Source: Bdellovibrionota bacterium
GTDB taxonomy: Bacteria > Bdellovibrionota_C > UBA2361 > OMIW01
Direction: 5' to 3'
DNA: 50,570 nt
NCBI GenBank assembly: GCA_044345055.1
Contig: JBIJBT010000007.1
Span: 1-50,570 of the forward strand
The stretch's first letter is position 1; each line of letters starts with the position of its first letter. Below are positions 19,286 through 29,424 of the stretch, piece by piece. The notes below the pieces were generated by a model. That model did no database searches and had not been told where the DNA came from. It saw only the letters and a list, made by a program, of their open reading frames with translations. The translations under genes were made by a program, and so were the position numbers.

Positions 19286-20570
19286 GACGCAACACCTCAG
19301 CTGGTTCAAAACGGCTTGCGCGCCGCGCTGGATAAATGGTGGCTCCACAACAGATAAGAAATGCTGCAACGCCGACCGCTAAAAAATTAAGAGGATCTAG
19401 GTGGATTGGGAGTGAGGACATCTGAAAAATTCGCTCATCTATCGGAAACCGATACCATTGAAGCCCCCGACAAAGTGAGTATCCTCCGAGAAGACCAACC
19501 GAAACACCAACTATTCCAATAATCGCTCCTTGTGCACGAAATATATTTCCTATGGCAACGGTGCGCGCGCCAAGCGTTTTCATTATCGCGATATCTCGCC
19601 GCTTTTCGATTACAACCATGACCAGCGAGCTGATAATTGAAAAACTCGCCATCACTACGATGAGGAGCAGCACGATAAAGTAGACCTTTTTCTCGAGCTC
19701 GAGCGCCTCAAAGAATGCGCGATTTGTTTCAGTCCAATCCTGAACGATAAACCCACCGCCCGAACCTCCGAGTGCGCCGATAATCTGTTGCGCAATCGCT
19801 CCGGAATCGTCAAGGTTGTCGACTCGAACCTCGAGCCCAGAGACGGTGTCCCCCATTTGGAAAAAGCTCTGTGCATCATCCAAACTCACATACGCGAGCC
19901 CCGATTCATACTCGACGAGTCCCGAGTGATATATCTGAGTTACCTGAAACCGGCGAAACTTTGGGACCAATCCGAACGGGGAGGAGGCAACCTGAGGAGA
20001 GAGCACCGAGACTGCTTCTCCAATCTCAATTCCGTTTGTGCGGGCGAGCTGTTCGCCGATGATTATGCTCGGTATTGAGGCGGTGTCGGGTGTGCCATCT
20101 GGAAGAGTTACCTCAATCGGGTGGCGCTCAACGGCTGAGGCAAAATCCTCCCCGTTTTTCAGATAACCACTTACCTGATTGGCCGCTGCACCGTAGCGCT
20201 CAAGGCCCCGGATAATGAGCCCCGTTGCTCGATCTCCGGCTCGCAGAAGTCCCTGATGACTCGTGTAAGCGGCGACCGAATTTACTCCAGAAATCGTACT
20301 AATTTTCTCTTTGACCGCTCGCCACTGCTCGACTCGCCCTTCACGATGCCGCACCACTATGTGGGCATCGGCACCGAGAATCTTTTCTCTTAGAGTTACC
20401 TGAAAGCCCGTCATCACCGCCATAACCACCGTGATCGTGATGACTCCAATCGCAACTCCAAGAATTGATATCGCGGTTATAATAGTCACCGCTGCATCGG
20501 TACGGCGAGACCAGAGGTAGCGTGATGCAACGAGGCGAGAAAAGCGCCACGAGGATAGATAAGATGCCAT
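19278..20570 (-). CDS. lolE: Lipoprotein-releasing ABC transporter permease LolC/E
   Basis: RYL, GVAIGV...VMAVM.GF, DW...N, EK.RDIAI.KT.GA, YPA.RA...P.E.LR. Confidence 0.9.
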   Translation of the reverse strand: MASYLSSWRFSRLVASRYLWSRRTDAAVTIITAISILGVAIGVITITVVMAVMTGFQVTLREKILGADAHIVVRHREGRVEQWRAVKEKISTISGVNSVAAYTSHQGLLRAGDRATGLIIRGLERYGAAANQVSGYLKNGEDFASAVERHPIEVTLPDGTPDTASIPSIIIGEQLARTNGIEIGEAVSVLSPQVASSPFGLVPKFRRFQVTQIYHSGLVEYESGLAYVSLDDAQSFFQMGDTVSGLEVRVDNLDDSGAIAQQIIGALGGSGGGFIVQDWTETNRAFFEALELEKKVYFIVLLLIVVMASFSIISSLVMVVIEKRRDIAIMKTLGARTVAIGNIFRAQGAIIGIVGVSVGLLGGYSLCRGLQWYRFPIDERIFQMSSLPIHLDPLNFLAVGVAAFLICCGATIYPARRASRFEPAEVLRHE

Positions 20571-20625
20571 AAGGAACTGCCTAAGTGAGAAGAGCGGTGA
20601 CAGCGATGATGTTCAACGTTCGGAG

Positions 20626-22125
20626 TTACGAATCCTCCGCGGCTTGAAGAGTTGAGCCTCCTTCCGGTTTCATCTGCGGGAATAGAAGCACCTCTCGGAT
20701 CGAGGCTGCATCGCACAAAAGCATCGTCAATCTGTCGATCCCGATACCGTCACCGGCGGTAGGTGGTAGCCCTGATTCAAGAGCTCGGAGGTAATCTTCA
20801 TCAAGATCGAACGCTTCATTATCCCCAGCCGCTTTTCGAGCGGCCTGCTCTTCGAAGCGATTCCGTTGATCTATCGGATCGTTGAGCTCTGAATAGCCAT
20901 TGGCAACCTCCATCCCCGCAACCACAAGCTCGTATCGATCACACAAGAGAGGATTCGTATCACTGCGGCGAGCAAGTGGGCTGATACTTGCGGGATGGTG
21001 GGTTATAAATACAGGATCAACGAGCCGAGGTTCAACCAACGCTCCCCACAACGCCTCAAGCACCTTACCCCAATCGGTGGCATCCGCGAGCGCGATATGG
21101 TGGTGCGATGCAATCCGTTGAAGAGTGGCAAGATCCCAAACATCCTCTGAACCGGGAATGCCCCCCACTTCATACAGCGACCCGTGCATCGAGTACCGCT
21201 TAAATGGTCGAGCAAAGCTAATCGATCTCTCCTGATAGATGAGTGAATCACCCCCTCGAATAGTCTTCACCAAACCAGCCAGCAGCTCCTCGATGAGATC
21301 CATATGATCTTCAAAAGTTGCAAATGCCTCGTACAGCTCGATCATCGTAAATTCGGGATTATGTTTTTTGGAGAGCCCCTCATTCCGAAAACATCGGCCG
21401 ATCTCGTAGACCCGTTCGAGGCCACCGACGACGAGCTTTTTGAGAGGAAGTTCGAGCGCAATCCGCATGAACATATCGATCGAAAGGCTGTTGTGATGCG
21501 TCGCAAATGGGCGCGCTATAGTGCCACCGGCGACACTTTGAAGTACCGGCGTTTCTACCTCAAGAAAATCGCGATCATCGAGAAATGACCTGATATGGCG
21601 AATTATCTGCGCTCTTTTGCGAAAAATATCCCGTACCTCTGGATGAGAAATAAGGTCCAGATGTCGGTGCCGATATCGTGCCTCAACATCGGTGAGGCCG
21701 TGCCATTTTTCGGGAGGTGGAACAAGGCACTTTACAAGGGGCCGAAACGAATCAACATGTAGCGTTTTTTCGCCCGTCTTGGTTACAAAAAGGTACCCTC
21801 TCGCTTCAACAATATCCCCAATATCGAGCTCCTTTACGGTACGATACTGCTCATCGCCGATTGAATCTTGACGCAGATAGAGCTGAATTTTCCCCTTCAT
21901 ATCGAGAATGTGGCAAAAGCTCGCCTTTCCCATCTGCCGCATCAATACGACTCGTCCCGCCACGGTGTGCCGCTCACCGTGCTCTGGTGGTTCAATTAAT
22001 GGAGACGCGAGAACCTCGGTGCTAAAACCGCTCCGTTTCACCCCATTCGGATATCGAAAGCCCTCTTCTTGCATCGTCGCAAGCTTTGCGAGACGCACCT
22101 GTTCCTGCTCTGTTCGTTCAGTCAT
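20626..22125 (-). CDS. lysS: Lysine--tRNA ligase (class II)
   Basis: PEKWHGL.D.E.RYR, FRNEG...HNPEFTM, G.GIGIDRL.M. Confidence 0.96.
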   Translation of the reverse strand: MTERTEQEQVRLAKLATMQEEGFRYPNGVKRSGFSTEVLASPLIEPPEHGERHTVAGRVVLMRQMGKASFCHILDMKGKIQLYLRQDSIGDEQYRTVKELDIGDIVEARGYLFVTKTGEKTLHVDSFRPLVKCLVPPPEKWHGLTDVEARYRHRHLDLISHPEVRDIFRKRAQIIRHIRSFLDDRDFLEVETPVLQSVAGGTIARPFATHHNSLSIDMFMRIALELPLKKLVVGGLERVYEIGRCFRNEGLSKKHNPEFTMIELYEAFATFEDHMDLIEELLAGLVKTIRGGDSLIYQERSISFARPFKRYSMHGSLYEVGGIPGSEDVWDLATLQRIASHHHIALADATDWGKVLEALWGALVEPRLVDPVFITHHPASISPLARRSDTNPLLCDRYELVVAGMEVANGYSELNDPIDQRNRFEEQAARKAAGDNEAFDLDEDYLRALESGLPPTAGDGIGIDRLTMLLCDAASIREVLLFPQMKPEGGSTLQAAEDS

Positions 22126-22270
22126 GGTAAAGCTACTTTATTGATATGTTAATTGACTTTGTCTTTTTCAGTGGGCGTTTAATTGAGGATGCATTTTTTT
22201 AGGATCGACCGGCTTCTGAATGAGAAATTTACGTGGGCAGATTTTCCGCTACAAAAACCTTGCTCCCCAA

Positions 22271-22924
22271 TTAACCCTCCTTGGCTCCCTCTTCTTCCGG
22301 CTTTGAGGGCTCTGGCGGTGGAGGCGCAAGATGAGATGTATCATCCAAAAATAGGCACCGCCAAGGAGAGCCAACGGCGTCGCGGCATAGCGCGGTGAGG
22401 CCAGTGTGTGACGAAGATAGAAGATCCCAGTTTTCCTCTGGTACATCGAGCAGATCGCTCAAAAACTGCCGATTCCAGTGCGAATGACCGACGATGAGGA
22501 GACGGTCACCCATTTTCAACGCCTCCATCTCGACAATGAATTGCCTCGTGCGGCGTTGAACATCGGCACGAGATTCACCCTCCTCAGGAATCAGCTCCTC
22601 CCCCTTTTCCCTGCGAAGTCGCTCTCTCTGAATCCGCCACACCATCTCCGATGTGCCCTCAAGCTTTCCGTAGTGACGCTCCCGAAGCAGCTCGGTCTCG
22701 AACACGACAAGCTCCCTCCCCTCGAGCAAAATTCCCATCGTCTGCTTGGCCCGTCCAAGATCGCTTGTCACCGCGTGAGTGAACGGCTCTACCGCCAACC
22801 GATCGCGAAGCGCCTGCGCCTGCTGTATCCCTTTTTCAGTCAATGGCGAATCGCGCCACCCCTGAAGGAGACCCCGAGTATTAAGCTCAGTTTCACCGTG
22901 GCGCACCAGAAGAACTCCGATCAC
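22271..22924 (-). CDS. Histidine phosphatase (phosphoglycerate mutase family)
   Basis: LVRHGET..N...QG..DSPL...G, SDL.RA.QT, LRE..YG, GES, V.H. Confidence 0.9.
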   Translation of the reverse strand: MIGVLLVRHGETELNTRGLLQGWRDSPLTEKGIQQAQALRDRLAVEPFTHAVTSDLGRAKQTMGILLEGRELVVFETELLRERHYGKLEGTSEMVWRIQRERLRREKGEELIPEEGESRADVQRRTRQFIVEMEALKMGDRLLIVGHSHWNRQFLSDLLDVPEENWDLLSSSHTGLTALCRDAVGSPWRCLFLDDTSHLAPPPPEPSKPEEEGAKEG

Positions 22925-23086
22925 TCCCTCCCCCTCCTTGAGAATGGTTATTGAACCATCGCCGAAAACTGATCGCTGGCAGTGTGTAGTCCTACCCTAG
23001 CGCCCCGGCCTTAAGCGAACATAATACCGCACAGCTCGATCCAGGCAACTGGTTTCAAGAAGTAAGTGGTTGGCAATGAAAAAGAG

Positions 23087-24250
23087 CTAAACCCTTTTTC
23101 GGCCAACTAATCGGTCACTGATAGTAAATCCAACCCCGCCGGTTATCGCACACCATGTAAGGTAATAGAGAAAAGTTACATGAACGGGAGCGGTTGAATT
23201 ATGGACTGATGCAAAGGGATAGCCGACGAAAAACCAGCTATAGAGCGCAAAAAGTGCGCAACTCCCCGCTGTCAGGTACCTAACCCCCCAGCGCGGATTA
23301 AGGAGCAAGAGCGCCGGTAACGGATAGATAAGATACTGGGGACCAAATCCCGGTGCGAATATCAAAAATGCACCGAATGCGAGTAAATATCCGAAGATTA
23401 TATCGGTCGACCGAAGAGCAACAAGTAGAAGAGCTGGAACGGTGAGGATAAGCGCCTTTGCCGGATACGAATAGGCTGTTGCGATGACGTGGGGAAATCC
23501 AGGAATAACAGAGCTCCAGGGATTTAGCGCGGCCGTGAGAAATGCCGTGATGCCCCACATATCGAGCGGGGGCTGGTAGTGGAGAACATTTGTCAAAAAA
23601 GGCCCGCCTCCCCACACAATACCGACCCCAACCGAAATAAGAGGCAAAGTTAACCCAAGCAAAAAGAGTAACCATTTCCCCCGTGCGGTGGCAGCTATGA
23701 CCACAGGAATAAGCACCAAGGGGGGAAGCTTAATCGATGCCGCAAATCCCAGTAAAACTCCCCCCAAAAATACCCTCTCTGAGAGAGAAATAACCCAGAC
23801 GGCAAGAAACGAAAGCGCAACAACCAATGGATCGAGATTCCCGTGATATCCAGAGAGTAAGATCGGAACAGGAGCAAACCCATAAAGCAAGAGAAAAGCG
23901 GTTCGATTCGCCTCGACCGGTAATCGCTTACTAAAACCTACAATGCAAAGCGTTATTAGGTCTCCGAGAATTCCGGGTACACGCAGGAGCAGCGGAAAAG
24001 CAAGGCCAGTTGCAGTATGAATTTTGAAGATTAGCCAAACGAGAAGGGCACCGAAAGGTGGATGATTGAATTCAGAATCTACACCGTATAGCTGCCATAA
24101 TCCTTCCTGATCGATACTAGATGCGAAGCGGTACCAAGTTCCGACATCGTTTGAACCCAGAGAGTAAATTGCAACAAAGACCCGAAGCACCACCGCAGCG
24201 CATATAAGCGCTCCGAAATAAAGGGTAGGTCGGCGTTCGAAAATCACCAT
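23087..24250 (-). CDS. Polytopic membrane glycosyltransferase, GT-C fold (GT87-like)
   Basis: About 10 TM segments; early ND..., FNHPP, HGNLD, A.SIK..P, PQY..YP. Confidence 0.65.
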   Translation of the reverse strand: MVIFERRPTLYFGALICAAVVLRVFVAIYSLGSNDVGTWYRFASSIDQEGLWQLYGVDSEFNHPPFGALLVWLIFKIHTATGLAFPLLLRVPGILGDLITLCIVGFSKRLPVEANRTAFLLLYGFAPVPILLSGYHGNLDPLVVALSFLAVWVISLSERVFLGGVLLGFAASIKLPPLVLIPVVIAATARGKWLLFLLGLTLPLISVGVGIVWGGGPFLTNVLHYQPPLDMWGITAFLTAALNPWSSVIPGFPHVIATAYSYPAKALILTVPALLLVALRSTDIIFGYLLAFGAFLIFAPGFGPQYLIYPLPALLLLNPRWGVRYLTAGSCALFALYSWFFVGYPFASVHNSTAPVHVTFLYYLTWCAITGGVGFTISDRLVGRKRV

Positions 24251-24340
24251 GGAAAGAGATATATCATCAGCGCAACGCCCAATATTTAATCGCCCGATTC
24301 CAACGGAATTTCTGCTAGAACTAAGGTACCCTAATAAAAA

Positions 24341-24769
24341 CTATGGAATTGACTGCTCGTCAGAGGTGGACGACCCACCACCCGCTCGGCGCTTCTCGAG
24401 GTTCCATTTCCGCTCCAGCCTGTCGAGCGCACCGCCGTAAGCCTGCTCAACCTGGTCTATCACCTGAGCAAGCACAAACTGAGCCTCCTCGCCGAGAAGG
24501 TGAGGACTTGGGAGCTGAGAAAGCATACTAAAGGCGATTTCACGCTCGTCAACAAGATATTTAGCGGCTCGCGACAATCGAGTTGCGATATCGAGTATGT
24601 CAAAAACATGATTAGCCTCAATCGCGGTGCGAAATGATGGTCCAAGCTCTTTTACTACAGAGTGTACAAGCGCTGGAAAAACCTCCCCCGGGTATTTGGT
24701 GATGCCGTAGCACCACCCGTCGATCTCAACGCTAAACACCTCGTCGTATCTATCTTTAACCGGTAACAT
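24341..24769 (-). CDS. Hypothetical protein
   Basis: 142-aa globular-looking ORF with AAGGA RBS. Confidence 0.7.
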   Translation of the reverse strand: MLPVKDRYDEVFSVEIDGWCYGITKYPGEVFPALVHSVVKELGPSFRTAIEANHVFDILDIATRLSRAAKYLVDEREIAFSMLSQLPSPHLLGEEAQFVLAQVIDQVEQAYGGALDRLERKWNLEKRRAGGGSSTSDEQSIP

Positions 24770-24816
24770 GCCAATAATTCCTTGCTACTTAAGCACCTTC
24801 ACGCGCGAGAACCGAG

Positions 24817-26067
24817 TTAATTTACGTAGTTCAACATGGCCCCCTGACAAGCCTCAGCCACCGCTTCTTCTGTTGGTGTACGTGGTCGGCTAAGTGACGG
24901 TGGAAGGCCGTCGAGGGAGATTCCTTTGTCCTTAAGACCTTGGGCTATTATTGCTCGGGCAAGCTCCGTAATAGTCCATAAAATAATCGCATCCTCTCCA
25001 TACCGCTGCCGAATTTCGCCAAGCTGTCGATTGATGGCGATATCAAAATATTTGAGAAGAACCGGGTCTTGGATAAACTCTAGAATATTTATCTGATCAA
25101 TTCCCAATCCCTCTTCCAGAATCTCATCGAGACTAACTAGGGATCCATCAGGTTTTCGTTTCTTGACCCGACGTCTCCGTTCACCAACCATGAACTCGAT
25201 AAATTCGTCGTCTCCACGAGCCGCATCAGTAGAGCTTCCAAGCTCAACTGATTCTTCAATGTCGCCCCCTCCAAGCCCCAAACCATTCCCATCAGCAGAG
25301 CGATCCGCATCGGCTGGTCCATCGCGACCAAGTATCGTCTCAACAGCGCCAGCGGGAGCATTGGCATCCGAAATCGTGCTTTCCCCCTGTTCCGCTTCTG
25401 TTAAATACTCCTCCTCGGGACCAGCTCCATTTATTTTCGCAGCCCCGCTCTTAGTGCGAGCCGCCAGTGCCTGACTCTGAGCCGCCGATGCGTTGAGGCT
25501 TTTACCAATATCCTCTTCTTGCTTTTCTCGACGCTGCTGCTGCTCTGTCGCCTGCTTTTTTTGTTCGATAATTGCCTGTTGGGACCGTCGAGTTGCCACG
25601 CGACGCGCCTGAACTCGCGCCCGTACCTCTTGCTGGGCAAGATCAGCCTCGTTTTTTCCAAGCTCGAGCAATTTTTTTGCGGCTTCCTTGGTATCCTTTA
25701 GAAGTCCCTGATCGACCCCCGACTTTGACATCGCCTGGTCGCACGCAGAGATAACCCCGATAAGATTGGCTCCTCGTTGAATATGATCAGGCTGATTAAG
25801 GGCCGCTTCGAGCAATTTTTTCGTATCTGCGTATCGCGCATCGCCCGAGGCTTTATCTCCTAGCCTTTGCTGAACTCCATCAATTTGTGATGCAACCTCC
25901 CCTACCCGCTCCTGCAACCCCGCCGCATCCGGCCTCTGATACGCGCTGTCAAGGCCTGCCCGCAATTTGGATAGCGACTCCTCCTCCTGCCCAACCGACA
26001 ACTCAGCGCCACCCTGCTGTTGCTGAGTCTGCTGCCCTCGCCCTAAAAGTCTGTCAAGTATGGCCAT
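24817..26067 (-). CDS. Hypothetical coiled-coil/acidic protein
   Basis: 416-aa ORF; no family recognised. Confidence 0.7.
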   Translation of the reverse strand: MAILDRLLGRGQQTQQQQGGAELSVGQEEESLSKLRAGLDSAYQRPDAAGLQERVGEVASQIDGVQQRLGDKASGDARYADTKKLLEAALNQPDHIQRGANLIGVISACDQAMSKSGVDQGLLKDTKEAAKKLLELGKNEADLAQQEVRARVQARRVATRRSQQAIIEQKKQATEQQQRREKQEEDIGKSLNASAAQSQALAARTKSGAAKINGAGPEEEYLTEAEQGESTISDANAPAGAVETILGRDGPADADRSADGNGLGLGGGDIEESVELGSSTDAARGDDEFIEFMVGERRRRVKKRKPDGSLVSLDEILEEGLGIDQINILEFIQDPVLLKYFDIAINRQLGEIRQRYGEDAIILWTITELARAIIAQGLKDKGISLDGLPPSLSRPRTPTEEAVAEACQGAMLNYVN

Positions 26068-26598
26068 TGTGTAGAGCCCTGTCGTAATGTTGAGTCGTTA
26101 CGGCCGATAATCTTGATTATCCGTCCCACCTATCATAAAGCACCAAAATTTCCGAGACCTCTTTCTAATGTAACATGAGGGAGTTATTGAATTCCATATA
26201 GAAAGGGTTATGCGCTGGAGGGGGGGGAAGTTTGCTTTTGGGGGGCGGGGGGCGGATAGGTTTTGATTTTAATTTATTTCGAATTTTTCTGAGAAATTCG
26301 TTAGCCGAGATGGAGAGTTGGATCTTTAACTGATCTGAGATAAAGAATTTATCTGAAAAGATGGCTTGCGGAGCGTCCTCGGGGTTTGCGATGCACCTCT
26401 TGATGTTGGTGGTCTCACGGGCTCTACTAATGTTCATCCGGACGACGGGCAAAACCGACACGATTTATTTGCCCAGATTTTTTATCGCTCATTTCCGAGG
26501 ACAAAGTTGGTAGCCGTCCCCTATTTACCTTATCTCTAAGCCTCTGAGAAAAAGTATTTAGGGGAGTAATTAGGGAAATTATGATGACAAGGTTTCTT

Positions 26599-27885
26599 TT
26601 AAGCAGGATTTAGGGCTTCTTCTATTGCCGCTTCAAGAATCTTAATTTCATTCTGATTAGGTTTTGTGAACTGCGTCGCATGTCTGCGTCTCACCTGTAT
26701 ACTTTCCGGGCGAACGTTCACAACCCAATCGCCGTCGTGCTTCAATTCGACTAAACCTGGCAATTTTTTTGCCATGAACGGCCCAAGTTTGCTACCAGGC
26801 CCGAGCGGTAAACTTTCTAAGGCCTTCCTGTCGTCCATTCCCCATTCCCCGTCCGGCTTATAGGTCTTACCTTTTTCATCAGGATTTTGAGGGGGCACTA
26901 CCGGTTGATCCTCCACTTCGGGCGGGAGAAGGGAATTCAATTTTGCTGCGACTTGTTTGATTATCGCATCTGGTTGTTGGCCTCCATTTTTTCCGATCGT
27001 CAGAACCCCATCAGAGTTAAGAACGACCTCTACGTCTTTCAGTTTAACATCTTTCGTGAAGGCGATCTTCGCTTCAGTAACGACCCCTTCTTTCTCGCTA
27101 ACCTTGAGCTGTTCACCGAGCTTTGACTTCAACGCAACCATCGCATTCGGACTGGCAAGTATTCCCTTTCCAGCAGTCTTTTGAGCCTCTTCCCACTTTC
27201 CGGCATTGCTTCCTCTTTCCGCCGCAGCTTCAAGAGCATCTTTTCGTTGTTTAGCCGTTTCTTTCGCCTTTTCGGCCGCTGAAAGCTGGAAGTTATCCGA
27301 TTTAGTGCCCACCGACTTAGCATCGATTACCTCGGGATCTAACGCCAAAAAGAGCACGGCTTGACGGTTAGCGGCTAATAACTTCTCATCTTTCTCCGTT
27401 GGCTCCCCTGGACCCTTCCACGGAACAATCATCTTATTAGGATCTTCTCCATGCCCCATCGCCTCTACTGATTTATCTTTCAGCGACGAAAGCCTCTCTT
27501 TTGCAGCCTTTGCTACCTCATTAGCTCTTTGCTCTGAAAGGTTCTTGTTGTGTTCGGTTGTTCCGGTTTGCGATGCGGTCGCCTCTACTCGAGCATTCTG
27601 AATGATACCGCCGATATTTTTGAGGTGTGTTAGTGCTTTGTCCAGTCCTCCATTCGAAGACTTATCTTTATTGACATCGAAATTGACCTGAATTTCTATT
27701 CCTTTTTCGGTGACCCTGTAAGCAATGCCATCTTTTTTCAATTGCTCCAACGTTGCGCTGACCTTCTTTTTGTCTGCCTGTATCCTATCCGCGTCCTTTG
27801 GATTGGTTGGGGGGGTCGGATGTCCCGTGGTCGACGTTCCTGTTGTTGGAGTGGGAGCCAATGTACCTGGATTAGTAGCGACCAT
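26599..27885 (-). CDS. Lys-rich protein with a degenerate OmpA-like peptidoglycan-binding domain
   Basis: VEATASQTGTTEHNKNLSEQRANEV...AMGHGE...ANRQAV fits the OmpA_C pattern; ATG 27885 preferred. Confidence 0.65.
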   Translation of the reverse strand: MVATNPGTLAPTPTTGTSTTGHPTPPTNPKDADRIQADKKKVSATLEQLKKDGIAYRVTEKGIEIQVNFDVNKDKSSNGGLDKALTHLKNIGGIIQNARVEATASQTGTTEHNKNLSEQRANEVAKAAKERLSSLKDKSVEAMGHGEDPNKMIVPWKGPGEPTEKDEKLLAANRQAVLFLALDPEVIDAKSVGTKSDNFQLSAAEKAKETAKQRKDALEAAAERGSNAGKWEEAQKTAGKGILASPNAMVALKSKLGEQLKVSEKEGVVTEAKIAFTKDVKLKDVEVVLNSDGVLTIGKNGGQQPDAIIKQVAAKLNSLLPPEVEDQPVVPPQNPDEKGKTYKPDGEWGMDDRKALESLPLGPGSKLGPFMAKKLPGLVELKHDGDWVVNVRPESIQVRRRHATQFTKPNQNEIKILEAAIEEALNPA

Positions 27886-28248
27886 AAGAGTTTCCAAGAT
27901 TAAAACGCAACTGTAACAAATGAAGATATGCGAATAGGATATGCACATTGAGAGGATCAAAGTGCCCTAAAATAGCGTCATGGCAGGGCGTCGCAATGAT
28001 CATGTTAAAGCGATGAAATCACAAGGTTTGCAAAATGGACCAGTGGCAATAATTTCAATAGGTTATCCCGAACATTGAGATGCACTACTCGACACCCAAG
28101 ATATAGCAAATAACCGCAATGCTGCCCAGCGACAGCTGCTTCTCAAATCTCATCCCCTTTCCAGCTCCCCCCCATCCCCTGATTCCCTCTCCAAACTTCT
28201 GTGATACCCTCAAACCCTACCCCAATTCACATTCTTCCCCCAGTAAAC

Positions 28249-29397
28249 ATGCCAACGTCCCCTCTTCCCTCCCTCACCTGGTCGCACCTGTCCTCATGTG
28301 CTGAGGCTACCGATCTTCACCTTATCGGAGCGACTAGTGCGGAGCCGCTTGGCGTTCGGGAGCGGCGGGCGTTGGAGATTTGGCAGGAGGAGGGGCATGC
28401 GGGGGAGTTGAATTATATGAAGCGGTCCGCCGATTTACTTGCGGATGCGCGCAATCTTCTTCCGAATGCAGCTTCGCTTCTCTTTGTTCTTGCGCCGTAT
28501 GAGGCTCGCGATCCGGGGCAGACTCCTCGCGGGTTTGGGCGGGTTGCTCGTTATGCGTGGGGTCGGGATTATCATAAGGTATTACCGCGAGCTCTGAAGC
28601 GATTTGCTAAGGAGTGTGTTGCGGGAACTTCGATTCAGTGGCGGGTTTTTAGTGATGCAATTCCATTGCTCGAGCGTCCCTATGCGGCACGGTCTGGACT
28701 TGGGTTTATCGGAAAACACACCCTTTTGATTCGATCTGGCTTTGGCTCCTACGCTCTTATTGGAGGGGTGATTTTTTCGGCACCGATTGAGGATGTACCG
28801 GAACAATCGGTAAAGGGCTCGTGTGGTAGCTGTTTTAAGTGCGGCGGGTCGTGCCCGACCGGCGCCATTGTTTCGCCCTATGTTGTATCAGCGCCCCGCT
28901 GCATCTCGTATCTTACGATTGAAAAGCGAGGAGCGCTTGCCGCTTCGGAGCGCGAAATGCTCGGGTCGTGGCTTTTTGGGTGCGATATTTGTCAAGAGGT
29001 GTGTCCACACAATCATCGAGCTCATAAATTTCCGCCAACTCCCCTTGAGGGGCTCGCTCAAAGTGGGCGCACTGGCCCTTTTATCGCCCTCTCTGATGTT
29101 CTTTCTATAGCGAGCGATGAGCTGTTTCTTGCGCGATTTGCTGGGACTCCCCTGATGCGCGCACGCCGCGAAGGTTTGATTCGAAACGCGCTGTGCGTTG
29201 CAGTGAATCAACGATTCGACCTTCTAGGTGGTGAGATTATGCGATTACTCCGAGAAGATGCATCGAGTGTAGTGCGGCAACACGCTCTTGGTGCGGCGTT
29301 TTCGTTAGAGGTCGCCCCCCGCGAACTTCTTCAAAACCTCGCAGAGAGAGATCCAAGTCCACCTGTGCGGGATGAATGGCTGGCGCTTTCAGAATAG
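28249..29397 (+). CDS. queG: tRNA epoxyqueuosine(34) reductase
   Basis: ARYAWG.DYH, LER..A..SGLGFIGK, CG.C..C...CPTGA, CISYLTIE, GCDICQEVCP.N. Confidence 0.94.
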   Translation: MPTSPLPSLTWSHLSSCAEATDLHLIGATSAEPLGVRERRALEIWQEEGHAGELNYMKRSADLLADARNLLPNAASLLFVLAPYEARDPGQTPRGFGRVARYAWGRDYHKVLPRALKRFAKECVAGTSIQWRVFSDAIPLLERPYAARSGLGFIGKHTLLIRSGFGSYALIGGVIFSAPIEDVPEQSVKGSCGSCFKCGGSCPTGAIVSPYVVSAPRCISYLTIEKRGALAASEREMLGSWLFGCDICQEVCPHNHRAHKFPPTPLEGLAQSGRTGPFIALSDVLSIASDELFLARFAGTPLMRARREGLIRNALCVAVNQRFDLLGGEIMRLLREDASSVVRQHALGAAFSLEVAPRELLQNLAERDPSPPVRDEWLALSE

Positions 29398-29424
29398 TAG
29401 AGAGCGAGGTTTGAAATCTTGAAA

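Noticed and set aside
22940..22965. Fluoride riboswitch-like GGCGATGG upstream of the phosphatase
   Set aside because: Lacks the pairing TCGCC and the downstream TAATGAC/CCTAC elements
26100..26127. ATAA-N6-TTAT dif-like spacing
   Set aside because: The right arm TTATCCGTCCC lacks XerD consensus, and the site lies outside the KOPS convergence interval
26165..26461. 98-aa ORF in the intergenic region
   Set aside because: Poly-Pro stretches arise from G-tracts; no RBS or recognisable family
26447..26474. c-di-GMP-I riboswitch (GGGCAAA...)
   Set aside because: No GAAA tetraloop stem or GCAAAG segment; simple hairpin only
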